A stretch of DNA of 64,000 nt from a bacterium (GTDB taxonomy: Bacteria; UBA8248; JACPRG01; G963555815): positions 352,001 through 416,000 of the forward strand of contig CBDHDG010000007.1 in assembly GCA_965261595.1 (NCBI GenBank), given 5' to 3'. A model generated the notes under the pieces. It worked only from the letters and a program-made list of their open reading frames with translations. It did not search any database and was not told the origin of the DNA. The translations under genes were made by a program, and so were the position numbers. Every line of letters starts with the position of its first letter. Position 1 is the stretch's first letter. Shown here in pieces: positions 40,641 to 49,416 of the stretch.

Positions 40641-41720
40641 CTATTTTGAAGCCTTGGCGCAACGAAACGAGACGCTGCTGGTCCGGAAGTCGGGAGCGTA
40701 CCAGATCCGATTCGCCGCGCGGAAGGCCTTCGTACCGCCGGTGTACCACGAGCCGCCGCACAAAACGCGCCCCCTGCCCGAGGGCGGTCCCTTCGGGTTG
40801 CGATCCGGGGCGCTCCCGTAATAATCCACCCGATGCCTGTCCTGAACCCACTCCCACACATTCCCGGACATGTCCACCGCGCCGTAGGGGCTTCGGTGGG
40901 TGTTGTAATCCCGGTCCACGGGGTGCGTCCTTTTGCCGCTGTTCTTATCCCAAATGATCTTCAACCCGGGCCAAGCGTTCCCCCAGGGATACTTCCGGCC
41001 GTCCACGCCGCGCGCCGCCTTCTCCCACTCGGCTTCCGTCGGAAGGCGCTTGCCGGCGGAGGCGCAATACTCCCGCACCTGGAACCACGTCACGCCCACG
41101 ACCGGCTGGCGGTCGCCGTTGAACTTCGACCCGTAATCCTTTTCCGGCCTTCCGAACCCTTGGAAACGGACGTTCGTCACCGGATACTTGTCGATGAAAA
41201 ACCCGTCCAGGTAAACCCGCCGCCGGGGCTTCTCGTCATCATACCCGCTGTCGCTCCCCATGATGAACCACCCCGCCGGGACGAGGACCATCGTATCCAG
41301 ACCGGCGCCGATCTGTTTCGGGGCTCCCTGACCGACGGCCACGCGAGGAGAGGGCTTTCCCGGTTTCTCCCCCGGTGGCTTCGTTCCCGGCCGGAAGATC
41401 AGCGTCACGATAAACGTCTTTCTGTCGGAGAGGTAGCCTTTGTCGATGATGTGGTCGATGACGATTGTTCCCTTCGCCTCGTGTTCTGTGATCCACTCCT
41501 TTAGCAATCCCATATCCAGCCGGACTCTCTCCGAAATCCTGACGCCAAGAAACTCAATCGCCTTCCGCTTGGCGTCCAGGATCGCCTCATTCCGGTCGGC
41601 CTGAAAGCCGTTCCGCGCGTTGTCGCTGTAACCATCCACCTGCCGGCTCGGCTGCGCCTGCGCGGGGCCGATAATCAAGAGGCACAAAACGAAGCCGACC
41701 AGGATGAGCCAGGCCTTCAT
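40641..41720 (-). CDS. Secreted FGE-sulfatase (SUMF1/C-type-lectin fold) domain protein
   Basis: Signal peptide; MVLVPAGWFIMGSD, RLPTEAEWEKAARG, DMSGNVWEW, RVLxGGSW, FRCA. Confidence 0.9.
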   Translation of the reverse strand: MKAWLILVGFVLCLLIIGPAQAQPSRQVDGYSDNARNGFQADRNEAILDAKRKAIEFLGVRISERVRLDMGLLKEWITEHEAKGTIVIDHIIDKGYLSDRKTFIVTLIFRPGTKPPGEKPGKPSPRVAVGQGAPKQIGAGLDTMVLVPAGWFIMGSDSGYDDEKPRRRVYLDGFFIDKYPVTNVRFQGFGRPEKDYGSKFNGDRQPVVGVTWFQVREYCASAGKRLPTEAEWEKAARGVDGRKYPWGNAWPGLKIIWDKNSGKRTHPVDRDYNTHRSPYGAVDMSGNVWEWVQDRHRVDYYGSAPDRNPKGPPSGRGRVLCGGSWYTGGTKAFRAANRIWYAPDFRTSSVSFRCAKASK

Positions 41721-41842
41721 CGGAATATCCCTTTATTAAGCTCCGCAACGGATACCCTGTATTTGGACAACTTGTATGAAAGAGTAGTTGCAGTGCATTG
41801 TAATACGAATTTCCTGTGGGGGTTCGTTTCGCGATTTCCGCT

Positions 41843-42037
41843 GGTGGGGCGGGCATCTTGCCCGCCGCCGGGCTAGAAGCCCGGCCTACCAAATCGCGGC
41901 TATGCGTGGGTGGCACTGGCGGCTTGGCCGTAAGTTTTCTTGCGAAATCGGGGAGCGCCAAAGGCGCTCCCCGATTTCGCGAAACAAAAGTTTTCGAGGG
42001 GGGCCTGGGGGGACAGTTTTCAAAATGTCCCCCCAGG
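41843..42037. repeat. Composite palindromic repeat cluster (right of FGE gene)
   Basis: REP pair 41843-41895; 18-bp perfect hairpin 41942-41980; AAAAGTTTT...GGGGGACA-GTTTTCAAAA-TGTCCCCC unit. Confidence 0.75.
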
Positions 42038-42132
42038 AAGATCCAGATGTCTCTCAAAAACTCCTCGCCGCCGACTCCGATATAATAAAAGGAGTCCGGT
42101 TTCATCTCATCCCCGCTGCGGAGAATCTTTTC

Positions 42133-44433
42133 ATGAGTGAAGAACGATATATAGGAAAGCGCGTTTCGGCCATCGACAGCCCCATCAAGGCAACGGGGAC
42201 GGCGGATTACGTGGCGGACCTTCGGCTGCCGGGCATGGCGTACGGGAAGGTCCTGCGGAGCCCGCACGCCCACGCCCGAATCCGCTCCCTCGACGCGTCC
42301 CGCGCAGAAAAGCTGCCGGGCGTTCTGGGCGTCGCCTCCCGCGAGAACACGCCCCCGGCCAAGTGGGGCATCTTTATCAAGGACGAGCAGGCGTTCTGCC
42401 ATGAAAAGGTCCGGTTTATCGGGGACGAAGTGGCGGCCGTGGCGGCGGAATCGGCCGAAATCGCCGAGGAGGCGTGTTCGCTGATCCGCGTGGAGTACGA
42501 GCCCCTGCCAACGGCGTTCACGCCGGAGGAGGCGATGGCCGAGGGGGCTTCCGCCATCCACGAAGAAGGCAAGAACAATCACGCCTCGGAGTTCCTGGTC
42601 GAGCGGGGCGACGTGGACACCGCGTTCAAGGAGGCGGACGCCCTCTTCGAGGAGACCTTCGACACCCACATGGTCCACCAGGCCTACATCGAGCCCACCG
42701 GCGTCATCGGTCAGTGGAACAAGGACGGGACGGTCACCGTCCGCGGGCCGCTCCAATCCCCGTTTACGGTGCGCGAATTCATGCTGGCCCCCGGCCTCGG
42801 GATGCCGCAGGAGAAGATCCAGGTCATCCAAACCCGCTCGGGGGGCGCGTTCGGGGGCAAACTCGACGTCAAGCTCCTCCTCGTCGTGGCCTTCCTGGCC
42901 AAAGAGGCCGGCCGCCCGGTCCAAATCCTCCTGTCGCAGGAGGAAGACATCTCGACCATGCGGCCGAGGGTGCCCGCCCGGTTCCACATCCGGTCGGCCT
43001 TCGCCGGGGACGGGAAGCTCCTGGGCAAGAAGGTGGACGTGACGGCCGACAACGGCGCGTATTCCTCCTTTTCCCCGGCCATCGCCTCCAGCATGGCCGT
43101 CCGGACCGACTCCCTGTACAAAACGCCCAACGTCCGGGTGACCGGGCGGCTCACGTACACCAACACCGAGCCTTCCGGCCAGTTTCGCGGGTTCGGAAAC
43201 CTCCAGGCCAGCTTCTGCTGGGAGTCCCACCTGGACACCGCCGCCGAGGGCCTCGGGATGGACCCGATCGATCTGAGAATGCGCAACTTCACCGAACCCG
43301 GCGAGACGACCGTCCACGGCTGGCGAATCTCGAGCAACGGGATCAAGACGTGCGTGGAAAAAGCCGCCGAATCCATAGGCTGGGAGAAGCGGAAAAAAGA
43401 CGGGCTTGCCGGCGGCTCTTCACCGGGCGGCGCTTCGTCCAAGATCCGCGGCGTCGGGCTGGCCTGCACGATCCACGTCACGAGCAACAGCGCCCACGCG
43501 GCCCATTTCAGAAACGGCAAGGATGAGGCGGAGGGCGAGGTGATCATCGGGGCCGACGGCGGCGTGAGCGTCCTGTCGGGCGAAGCAGAGCTCGGCGAGG
43601 GCGCGGCGACGGTTATGGCCCTCATCGCCGCCGAGGAGCTGGGGGTGGATTACCGGAGCGTCCAAGTGCCCCACGTGGACACCATGCGCCACCCCTACGG
43701 CCTGGGCACGTACGCCAGCCGGGCCACATTCATGGGCGGCCACGCGACGCTCCTGGCCGCGCGGTCGGCCCGGCAGGCCCTCCTCCAACGGGCCTCGCGG
43801 GTCCTCGAAGCGGATGTCTCGGAGCTGGCCGCCGAGGACGGAAAGGTGTTCGTCACGGGCGCCCCCGCGCGGTCCGTGACGTTCGGCGAGGTCATCGGGC
43901 AAACCGGCGGCGAGGACGTCGACGAGACGAGCCTCTACGTCTCCGACGGCGAGGTCCCCGACCCCGTCACCCGGTACGGCCACACCGCCTCGACCTATTC
44001 CTTCGCCGCCCACGCGGCCGAGGTCAGCGTGGACCGGGAGACGGGCGAGGTCACGGTGGAGCGGATCGCCTGCGCCCACGACCTGGGCCGGGCGCTCAAT
44101 CCGATCGGGGCGGAAGGGCAGATCCAGGGGGGCGCGCTCCAGTCCATCGGGTTCGGCCTGATGGAGGAAATCAAAAAGGAGAAGGGCGTCGTCGTGAACA
44201 ATAACCTGGAGGGCTATCTGATCCCGACGGCCCTGGACGCCCCGGATTGCGACCCCATCTTCGTCGAGACCATCGATCCCCACGGCCCCTTCGGCGGAAA
44301 AGGCGTGGCCGAGACGGCCATCAACCCGACGGCGGCGGCGGTGGCCAACGCGGTCTATAACGCCGTCGGCGCAAGGGTGCGGACGCTTCCAATCACGCCC
44401 GAACGAGTCCTTGCGGCGATGGCGGAGAAGTAG
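42133..44433 (+). CDS. Xanthine dehydrogenase family molybdopterin-binding large subunit
   Basis: LRSPHAHARI, HQAYIEP, GGAFGGK, FRGFG, TYASR, GQIQGG, GKGVAE. Confidence 0.93.
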   Translation: MSEERYIGKRVSAIDSPIKATGTADYVADLRLPGMAYGKVLRSPHAHARIRSLDASRAEKLPGVLGVASRENTPPAKWGIFIKDEQAFCHEKVRFIGDEVAAVAAESAEIAEEACSLIRVEYEPLPTAFTPEEAMAEGASAIHEEGKNNHASEFLVERGDVDTAFKEADALFEETFDTHMVHQAYIEPTGVIGQWNKDGTVTVRGPLQSPFTVREFMLAPGLGMPQEKIQVIQTRSGGAFGGKLDVKLLLVVAFLAKEAGRPVQILLSQEEDISTMRPRVPARFHIRSAFAGDGKLLGKKVDVTADNGAYSSFSPAIASSMAVRTDSLYKTPNVRVTGRLTYTNTEPSGQFRGFGNLQASFCWESHLDTAAEGLGMDPIDLRMRNFTEPGETTVHGWRISSNGIKTCVEKAAESIGWEKRKKDGLAGGSSPGGASSKIRGVGLACTIHVTSNSAHAAHFRNGKDEAEGEVIIGADGGVSVLSGEAELGEGAATVMALIAAEELGVDYRSVQVPHVDTMRHPYGLGTYASRATFMGGHATLLAARSARQALLQRASRVLEADVSELAAEDGKVFVTGAPARSVTFGEVIGQTGGEDVDETSLYVSDGEVPDPVTRYGHTASTYSFAAHAAEVSVDRETGEVTVERIACAHDLGRALNPIGAEGQIQGGALQSIGFGLMEEIKKEKGVVVNNNLEGYLIPTALDAPDCDPIFVETIDPHGPFGGKGVAETAINPTAAAVANAVYNAVGARVRTLPITPERVLAAMAEK

Positions 44434-44582
44434 CGGGTAAACGCCCGGTGGGCGCTTGCCCGCCGGCCAGGCTGCGAGGGAAGCGCCTTGCCCTGACCAC
44501 CATGTCCCCGGTTGACGAGCTTGATTAAGGAGGTCATGGACCGCCCCTGGGTTATTGGACACTCGGGTGAGGGTATTCGACC

Positions 44583-45500
44583 TCATGCGGCCTCCGCAAC
44601 TTGAGCGAGTTTTTCCTGCCTTGCCTGGGCCGGCGTTCGGTAGCCGTAGCCCTCGAGAATCCAATGATGGTTGTACAGGTTTTTGAACTCAAGCAGCGCC
44701 CACCGCAGTTCCTCTACGGTGGCGAAAGAGCGCACCCACAGGAGATTCTCCTTCAAGATGCGGATAAACCACTCACAGTAGCCATTTCCCTCGGGCGCCC
44801 GCACGAAGCTGGGCGAACTGGTCATGCCCAGGTAGGCGATCTCCCGCTGAAAGTCATCGGACAGATAGGCGGGGCCGTGGTCGTGACGAACTTTAAGCCC
44901 CTCGGCGACGTCCGCCTCCAAGCCGGCGAAGCGCTCGGCGACCCCCTGCCGGATCGGCTCCAGGGCCTCGAAGCGGTTGCCGCTCTTGGCCGCATGGATC
45001 CCCACGCAGTCCACCGAGCAGTGATCCACCGCCACGAACACCGAGGCCACCCCCTCCTCGGTGGTCACCGTCGTCGTCATGTCCGTGCCCCACATTCGGT
45101 CGGGCCGCTCGGTGCGGATGGTCCCGTTGTGGGCCTTGGGACCTCGGGGTTTGCCCACCCGGTGGGGGGCCTGAAGCCCCGCCTCCCGCATCAGGCGACG
45201 CACCCGCTCCTTGCTGGTGCGGATGCCCGCGAAGCGCAGCCTCGCCCACACCTTGCGGTAGCCCTCGCCATGGAAGGGAGAGTCCTCCAGGACCTGCCGG
45301 ATGTGGCCGAGGAGTTCCGCATCGGTGCACGGGCCCACAGGGCCGCGCTTATTGGGCGTGGGGCGTTCATGAACGGGGACCGCCTCTCGCCGCCGTTGCG
45401 CGTAGACCGTGGAGCGCGCCAAGCCCCAAAGGGCGCACACCCGCTTCAGGCCGTAGGCTCTGCCCGTGGAGGTGAAGCGGGCCTGACTCATCGCCTCCAC
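44583..45500 (-). CDS. IS3-family transposase OrfB (DDE integrase core)
   Basis: GYRKVWARL, WGTDMT, RHDHG, EGNG..E.F...LKE. Confidence 0.9.
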   Translation of the reverse strand: MEAMSQARFTSTGRAYGLKRVCALWGLARSTVYAQRRREAVPVHERPTPNKRGPVGPCTDAELLGHIRQVLEDSPFHGEGYRKVWARLRFAGIRTSKERVRRLMREAGLQAPHRVGKPRGPKAHNGTIRTERPDRMWGTDMTTTVTTEEGVASVFVAVDHCSVDCVGIHAAKSGNRFEALEPIRQGVAERFAGLEADVAEGLKVRHDHGPAYLSDDFQREIAYLGMTSSPSFVRAPEGNGYCEWFIRILKENLLWVRSFATVEELRWALLEFKNLYNHHWILEGYGYRTPAQARQEKLAQVAEAA

Positions 45501-45874
45501 CTCCTGCCGGCTAAAGGGCGGCCGGCCTCCAGGCGGTCGATCTTCTCCCGCAGGACCTCGCCCTCCATCGTGAGTTCGCCCACCTTGGCCTTGAGCCGGG
45601 CGTTCTCCTCGGCCCGCTCATCCGCCGGGCGGGCTTTGAGCGCCGCCTCGCCCCCGCGAAGGAACGCCTCGCGCCAGGCGGAAAGCCGAGCCGCTGTCGT
45701 GCCCAACTCGCGGCAGAGCGTCTCCAGGCTCTCGCCCCGCAAAAGACGCAGGACCGCCTCCCGCTTGCGCTGGCAGGAGAACCGACCCCGCTCACTGCGA
45801 TGCCCTGGGGCCTTGGCTCCGTTCGCCCTGCGGGCGCCCTCCGCCAAAGCCCCCTCTTGCTTTTGTTCGTTCAT
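45488..45874 (-). CDS. IS3-family OrfA (HTH)
   Basis: KREAVLRLLRGESLE...LSAWR; ENARLKAKVGELTM coiled coil. Confidence 0.85.
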   Translation of the reverse strand: MNEQKQEGALAEGARRANGAKAPGHRSERGRFSCQRKREAVLRLLRGESLETLCRELGTTAARLSAWREAFLRGGEAALKARPADERAEENARLKAKVGELTMEGEVLREKIDRLEAGRPLAGRRWRR

Positions 45875-46111
45875 CGCGACACCCCTTTCTCCATGAATCA
45901 TGGATCAATCGAGTGTCCAACAAAACCCTAGAGCGGGGGAGTCAAATGGTTTCAAACCGCAAAGGGGACCGGAAGGACATCGGCGGAAGTTGAAATAGGA
46001 AATTCCCTTATAATCATTGTTGGGCAAAGGAATTGAATACCTGCGGCACGTGGTGACCTGGATCAAGTAAGACGAGCTTGGAACAATCCCGATAAAGTAA
46101 AGAAGAGTTTT

Positions 46112-46714
46112 ATGCCAATCTTTCGAAATGCGGTTGATACGACCAAGTTCAACAAAGATGCAAGACCACCATATGAGCTTCGCCCTCAGGACTTCCAAAT
46201 GGCGATGCAGGACGTGTACGATTTCTTCTTTGACGTAAACTCACATTTATCGGGAAAAGGATTGGAGCGGCTGGATGATATGTTACGTCCCGCAATCATG
46301 TCTGGCCTTCTTTCAGACATGCTTACGGCCAGCCTTGCTAAACATTCACGCGTATTAACAGAGAACAAATATTTTAATGGCCACCCAGACTTAATCGTCC
46401 AAGGTGTTTATCCAGGCAATGCTGTCAAAGCAGGCGCCAAAGGGGTAGAGATCAAGACAACAAGAAAGGCGGGGGGAGCGGTTGATACCCATGGGGCGAG
46501 GGAACAGTGGATGTCTGTATTTGTCTATACGGTAGATGCAGATTCAGAACCAGCGATGGACCGAAGACCAATGACTTTCACCGAAGTCTACTTAGGCCAA
46601 GTGAGTATCACTGATTTCAGAAAGAATCCCCGTGGAGAATTGGGAACTCGAACTGCGACTTTACATAAAGAAGGGATCAAGAAACTTCGGAATAGCTGGA
46701 TATATATGCTTTAG
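46112..46714 (+). CDS. Putative type II restriction endonuclease (PD-(D/E)XK)
   Basis: GHPDLI...GVEIKTT catalytic-type motif; AT-richer than host; convergent with and overlapping a DNA methyltransferase. Confidence 0.65.
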   Translation: MPIFRNAVDTTKFNKDARPPYELRPQDFQMAMQDVYDFFFDVNSHLSGKGLERLDDMLRPAIMSGLLSDMLTASLAKHSRVLTENKYFNGHPDLIVQGVYPGNAVKAGAKGVEIKTTRKAGGAVDTHGAREQWMSVFVYTVDADSEPAMDRRPMTFTEVYLGQVSITDFRKNPRGELGTRTATLHKEGIKKLRNSWIYML

Positions 46715-47858
46715 AATTTCCATTTGGCTCGAATTGAACCAGCTTTGGAATGGAGTCACATGCCATATCAAAATAATGTGAGTCCTTTTCCACACCAATG
46801 CTCTTGTAACCGATCGCCTCTGCCGCTGCCAATGTGGAGCCAGCGCCCGCAAAGGGATCAAGAATTACACCTTCCCCTAGAGGTAATGCGGCGCGAACAA
46901 GTTGTCTCATGAATGCTTGTGGTTTTAGGCTTGGGTGAGGTGCAATCGATTTTTCATTCTTTCTCGTAGGGGCTGATGCGATGACATCGCCGAACGGCTT
47001 GTCGTCGGAAAGACGGCGAAACCCTCCTGTTTTCCATTTTCGTAGATTATCTTGTACGCGGCCTTCAAGAGGTTTTCTGAAAACAACCCATGGCTCCCAC
47101 ATGGAGCGAGGCATTACACTGACCTCACTGAATTCCTCATGCGCCGCTTTTGGGCGGTCGCCGCCTCGCATGGTCATGGTTAGGCGAACGATTTCACCTC
47201 TTCGTTCCAAACCTGCATCAGCCAATGCACTTGAGACGATATAAGAAACAAGGGGATTCGAGGCGACCACAACCTGTGCCCCAGGAACGAGTCTAGGTAA
47301 GAGCAATCTCCCCCAAATGAAGAAGAAAGTTAGAAGTTGCTCCAACTGTTCCTGTGTAAGTGTTGTGAATCGCGGCAGAGGGGATCGTTGGTGGCCGTCA
47401 TAGGACGGAGGAATACGCCAAACGCCCCCTTTTCCTTTGCGCAATTTCGCTTGCTGGTCTGGCGCATATTCGTGCAGTCCATACGGCGGATCAGTTATAA
47501 CCGCGTGGATGCTGTTTGAATCTTGATTTTCTATCCAATCAAAACAGTCAGCATTCACTAATGTTGAGTGCCCGTAGGTGAATGGCTTTTTCCACCTATG
47601 AACTTGGGCGATTTCTCGATTTACGCCAGCAGTGCGGTTGCCCCGAAGGCGGTAGATACCACGTTCTTCGCGGACGAAAATATCAGGGGTATTTAGTCGC
47701 AAGTACGATCTGATCGAAGATGGAGGCGTTGGCCCCGCTATTTGCTGCACGCGGGCTTCGATTTCCTTGACGGACAAAGACTTAGAGGTTAACGCCATCA
47801 CTTGTAAAAGGGCGTCTCGAACCTGACCGGGAGAATAGCGTGAGTTTGGTCCGTCCAT
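46677..47858 (-). CDS. Beta-class N4/N6 DNA methyltransferase with N-terminal winged-HTH
   Basis: ITDPPY precedes HPSLKP and LDPFAGAGST; N-terminal 70 aa LSVKEI...SSIRSYL...RGIYRL. Confidence 0.9.
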   Translation of the reverse strand: MDGPNSRYSPGQVRDALLQVMALTSKSLSVKEIEARVQQIAGPTPPSSIRSYLRLNTPDIFVREERGIYRLRGNRTAGVNREIAQVHRWKKPFTYGHSTLVNADCFDWIENQDSNSIHAVITDPPYGLHEYAPDQQAKLRKGKGGVWRIPPSYDGHQRSPLPRFTTLTQEQLEQLLTFFFIWGRLLLPRLVPGAQVVVASNPLVSYIVSSALADAGLERRGEIVRLTMTMRGGDRPKAAHEEFSEVSVMPRSMWEPWVVFRKPLEGRVQDNLRKWKTGGFRRLSDDKPFGDVIASAPTRKNEKSIAPHPSLKPQAFMRQLVRAALPLGEGVILDPFAGAGSTLAAAEAIGYKSIGVEKDSHYFDMACDSIPKLVQFEPNGNSKAYISSYSEVS

Positions 47859-47865
47859 GCTTGGC

Positions 47866-47901
47866 AGTATAGACGTCCAGACGTCTGGTGTCAACACCAG
47901 A
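47866..47901 (-). promoter_or_regulatory. Sigma70 promoter of the methyltransferase with overlapping palindromes
   Basis: TTGACA-N17-TATACT ending 7 nt before the ATG; spacer has GACGTC twice and the palindrome CCAGACGTCTGG; TCTGGTGT-CA-ACACCAGA covers the -35. Confidence 0.8.
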
Positions 47902-48032
47902 TATATTTAAGGTGATGTACCGTTTTGTGTGTAGAAAGTGTTTTCGGGCAAAAAGAGAGGGTGTACTCTTCCTGGGAGCAAGAAACTGGACCGCCCCTGG
48001 GTTATTGGACACTCGGGTGAGGGTATTCGACC

Positions 48033-48950
48033 TCATGCGGCCTCCGCAACTTGAGCGAGTTTTTCCTGCCTTGCCTGGGCCGGCGTTCGGTAGCCGTAGC
48101 CCTCGAGAATCCAATGATGGTTGTACAGGTTCTTGAACTCAAGCAGCGCCCACCGCAGTTCCTCTACGGTGGCGAAAGAGCGCACCCACAGGAGATTCTC
48201 CTTCAAGATGCGGATGAACCACTCACAGTAGCCATTTCCCTCGGGCGCCCGCACGAAGCTGGGCGAACTGGTCATGCCCAGGTAGGCGATCTCCCGCTGA
48301 AAGTCATCGGACAGATAGGCGGGGCCGTGGTCGTGACGAACTTTAAGCCCCTCGGCGACATCCGCCTCCAAGCCGGCGAAGCGCTCGGCGACCCCCTGCC
48401 GGATCGGCTCCAGGGCCTCGAAGCGGTTGCCGCTCTTGGCCGCATGGATCCCCACGCAGTCCACCGAGCAGTGATCCACCGCCACGAACACCGAGGCCAT
48501 CCCCTCCTCGGTGGTCACCGTCGTCGTCATGTCCGTGCCCCACATTCGGTCGGGCCGCTCGGTGCGGATGGTCCCGTTGTGGGCCTTGGGACCTCGGGGT
48601 TTGCCCACCCGGTGGGGGGCCTGAAGCCCCGCCTCCCGCATCAGGCGACGCACCCGCTCCTTGCTGGTGCGGATGCCCGCGAAGCGCAGCCTCGCCCACA
48701 CCTTGCGGTAGCCCTCGCCATGGAAGGGAGAGTCCTCCAGGACCTGCCGGATGTGGCCGAGGAGTTCCGCATCGGTGCACGGGCCCACAGGGCCGCGCTT
48801 ATGGGGCGTGGGGCGTTCATGAACGGGGACCGCCTCTCGCCGCCGTTGCGCGTAGACCGTGGAGCGCGCCAAGCCCCAAAGGGCGCACACCCGCTTCAGG
48901 CCGTAGGCTCTGCCCGTGGAGGTGAAGCGGGCCTGACTCATCGCCTCCAC
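48033..48950 (-). CDS. IS3-family transposase OrfB
   Basis: Near-identical to 44583-45500. Confidence 0.9.
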   Translation of the reverse strand: MEAMSQARFTSTGRAYGLKRVCALWGLARSTVYAQRRREAVPVHERPTPHKRGPVGPCTDAELLGHIRQVLEDSPFHGEGYRKVWARLRFAGIRTSKERVRRLMREAGLQAPHRVGKPRGPKAHNGTIRTERPDRMWGTDMTTTVTTEEGMASVFVAVDHCSVDCVGIHAAKSGNRFEALEPIRQGVAERFAGLEADVAEGLKVRHDHGPAYLSDDFQREIAYLGMTSSPSFVRAPEGNGYCEWFIRILKENLLWVRSFATVEELRWALLEFKNLYNHHWILEGYGYRTPAQARQEKLAQVAEAA

Positions 48951-49324
48951 CTCCTGCCGGCTAAAGGGCGGCCGGCCTCCAGGCGGTCGATCTTCTCCCG
49001 CAGGACCTCGCCCTCCATCGTGAGTTCGCCCACCTTGGCCTTGAGCCGGGCGTTCTCCTCGGCCCGCTCATCCGCCGGGCGGGCTTTGAGCGCCGCCTCG
49101 CCCCCGCGAAGGAACGCCTCGCGCCAGGCGGAAAGCCGAGCCGCTGTCGTGCCCAACTCGCGGCAGAGCGTCTCCAGGCTCTCGCCCCGCAAAAGACGCA
49201 GGACCGCCTCCCGCTTGCGCTGGCAGGAGAACCGACCCCGCTCACTGCGATGCCCTGGGGCCTTGGCTCCGTTCGCCCTGCGGGCGCCCTCCGCCAAAGC
49301 CCCCTCTTGCTTTTGTTCGTTCAT
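48938..49324 (-). CDS. IS3-family OrfA
   Basis: Identical protein to copy 1 OrfA. Confidence 0.85.
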   Translation of the reverse strand: MNEQKQEGALAEGARRANGAKAPGHRSERGRFSCQRKREAVLRLLRGESLETLCRELGTTAARLSAWREAFLRGGEAALKARPADERAEENARLKAKVGELTMEGEVLREKIDRLEAGRPLAGRRWRR

Positions 49325-49416
49325 CGCGACACCCCTTTCTCCATGAATCATGGATCAATCGAGTGTCCAACAAAACCCTAGAGCGGGGGAAAACCCATTT
49401 TGGAGGAGCACACCCA

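Larger units (their letters stand above)
44537..45940 (-). mobile_element. IS3-family element, copy 1 (1404 bp)
   Basis: Imperfect IRs sharing TTGGACACTCG; 4-bp target duplication GTCA; orfA + orfB. Confidence 0.92.
47987..49390 (-). mobile_element. IS3-family element, copy 2, inserted in the 5' end of an IS256 element
   Basis: Near-identical to copy 1; target duplication AAAC. Confidence 0.92.

Noticed and set aside
42133..44433. Aerobic CO dehydrogenase CoxL
   Set aside because: The active-site loop reads QFRGFG, not AYxCSFR; substrate unknown
44434..44536. tRNA or att site at the left island border
   Set aside because: No cloverleaf and no direct repeat matching elsewhere in the window; only an orphan AAGGAGG that joins a 15-codon ORF once the IS is removed
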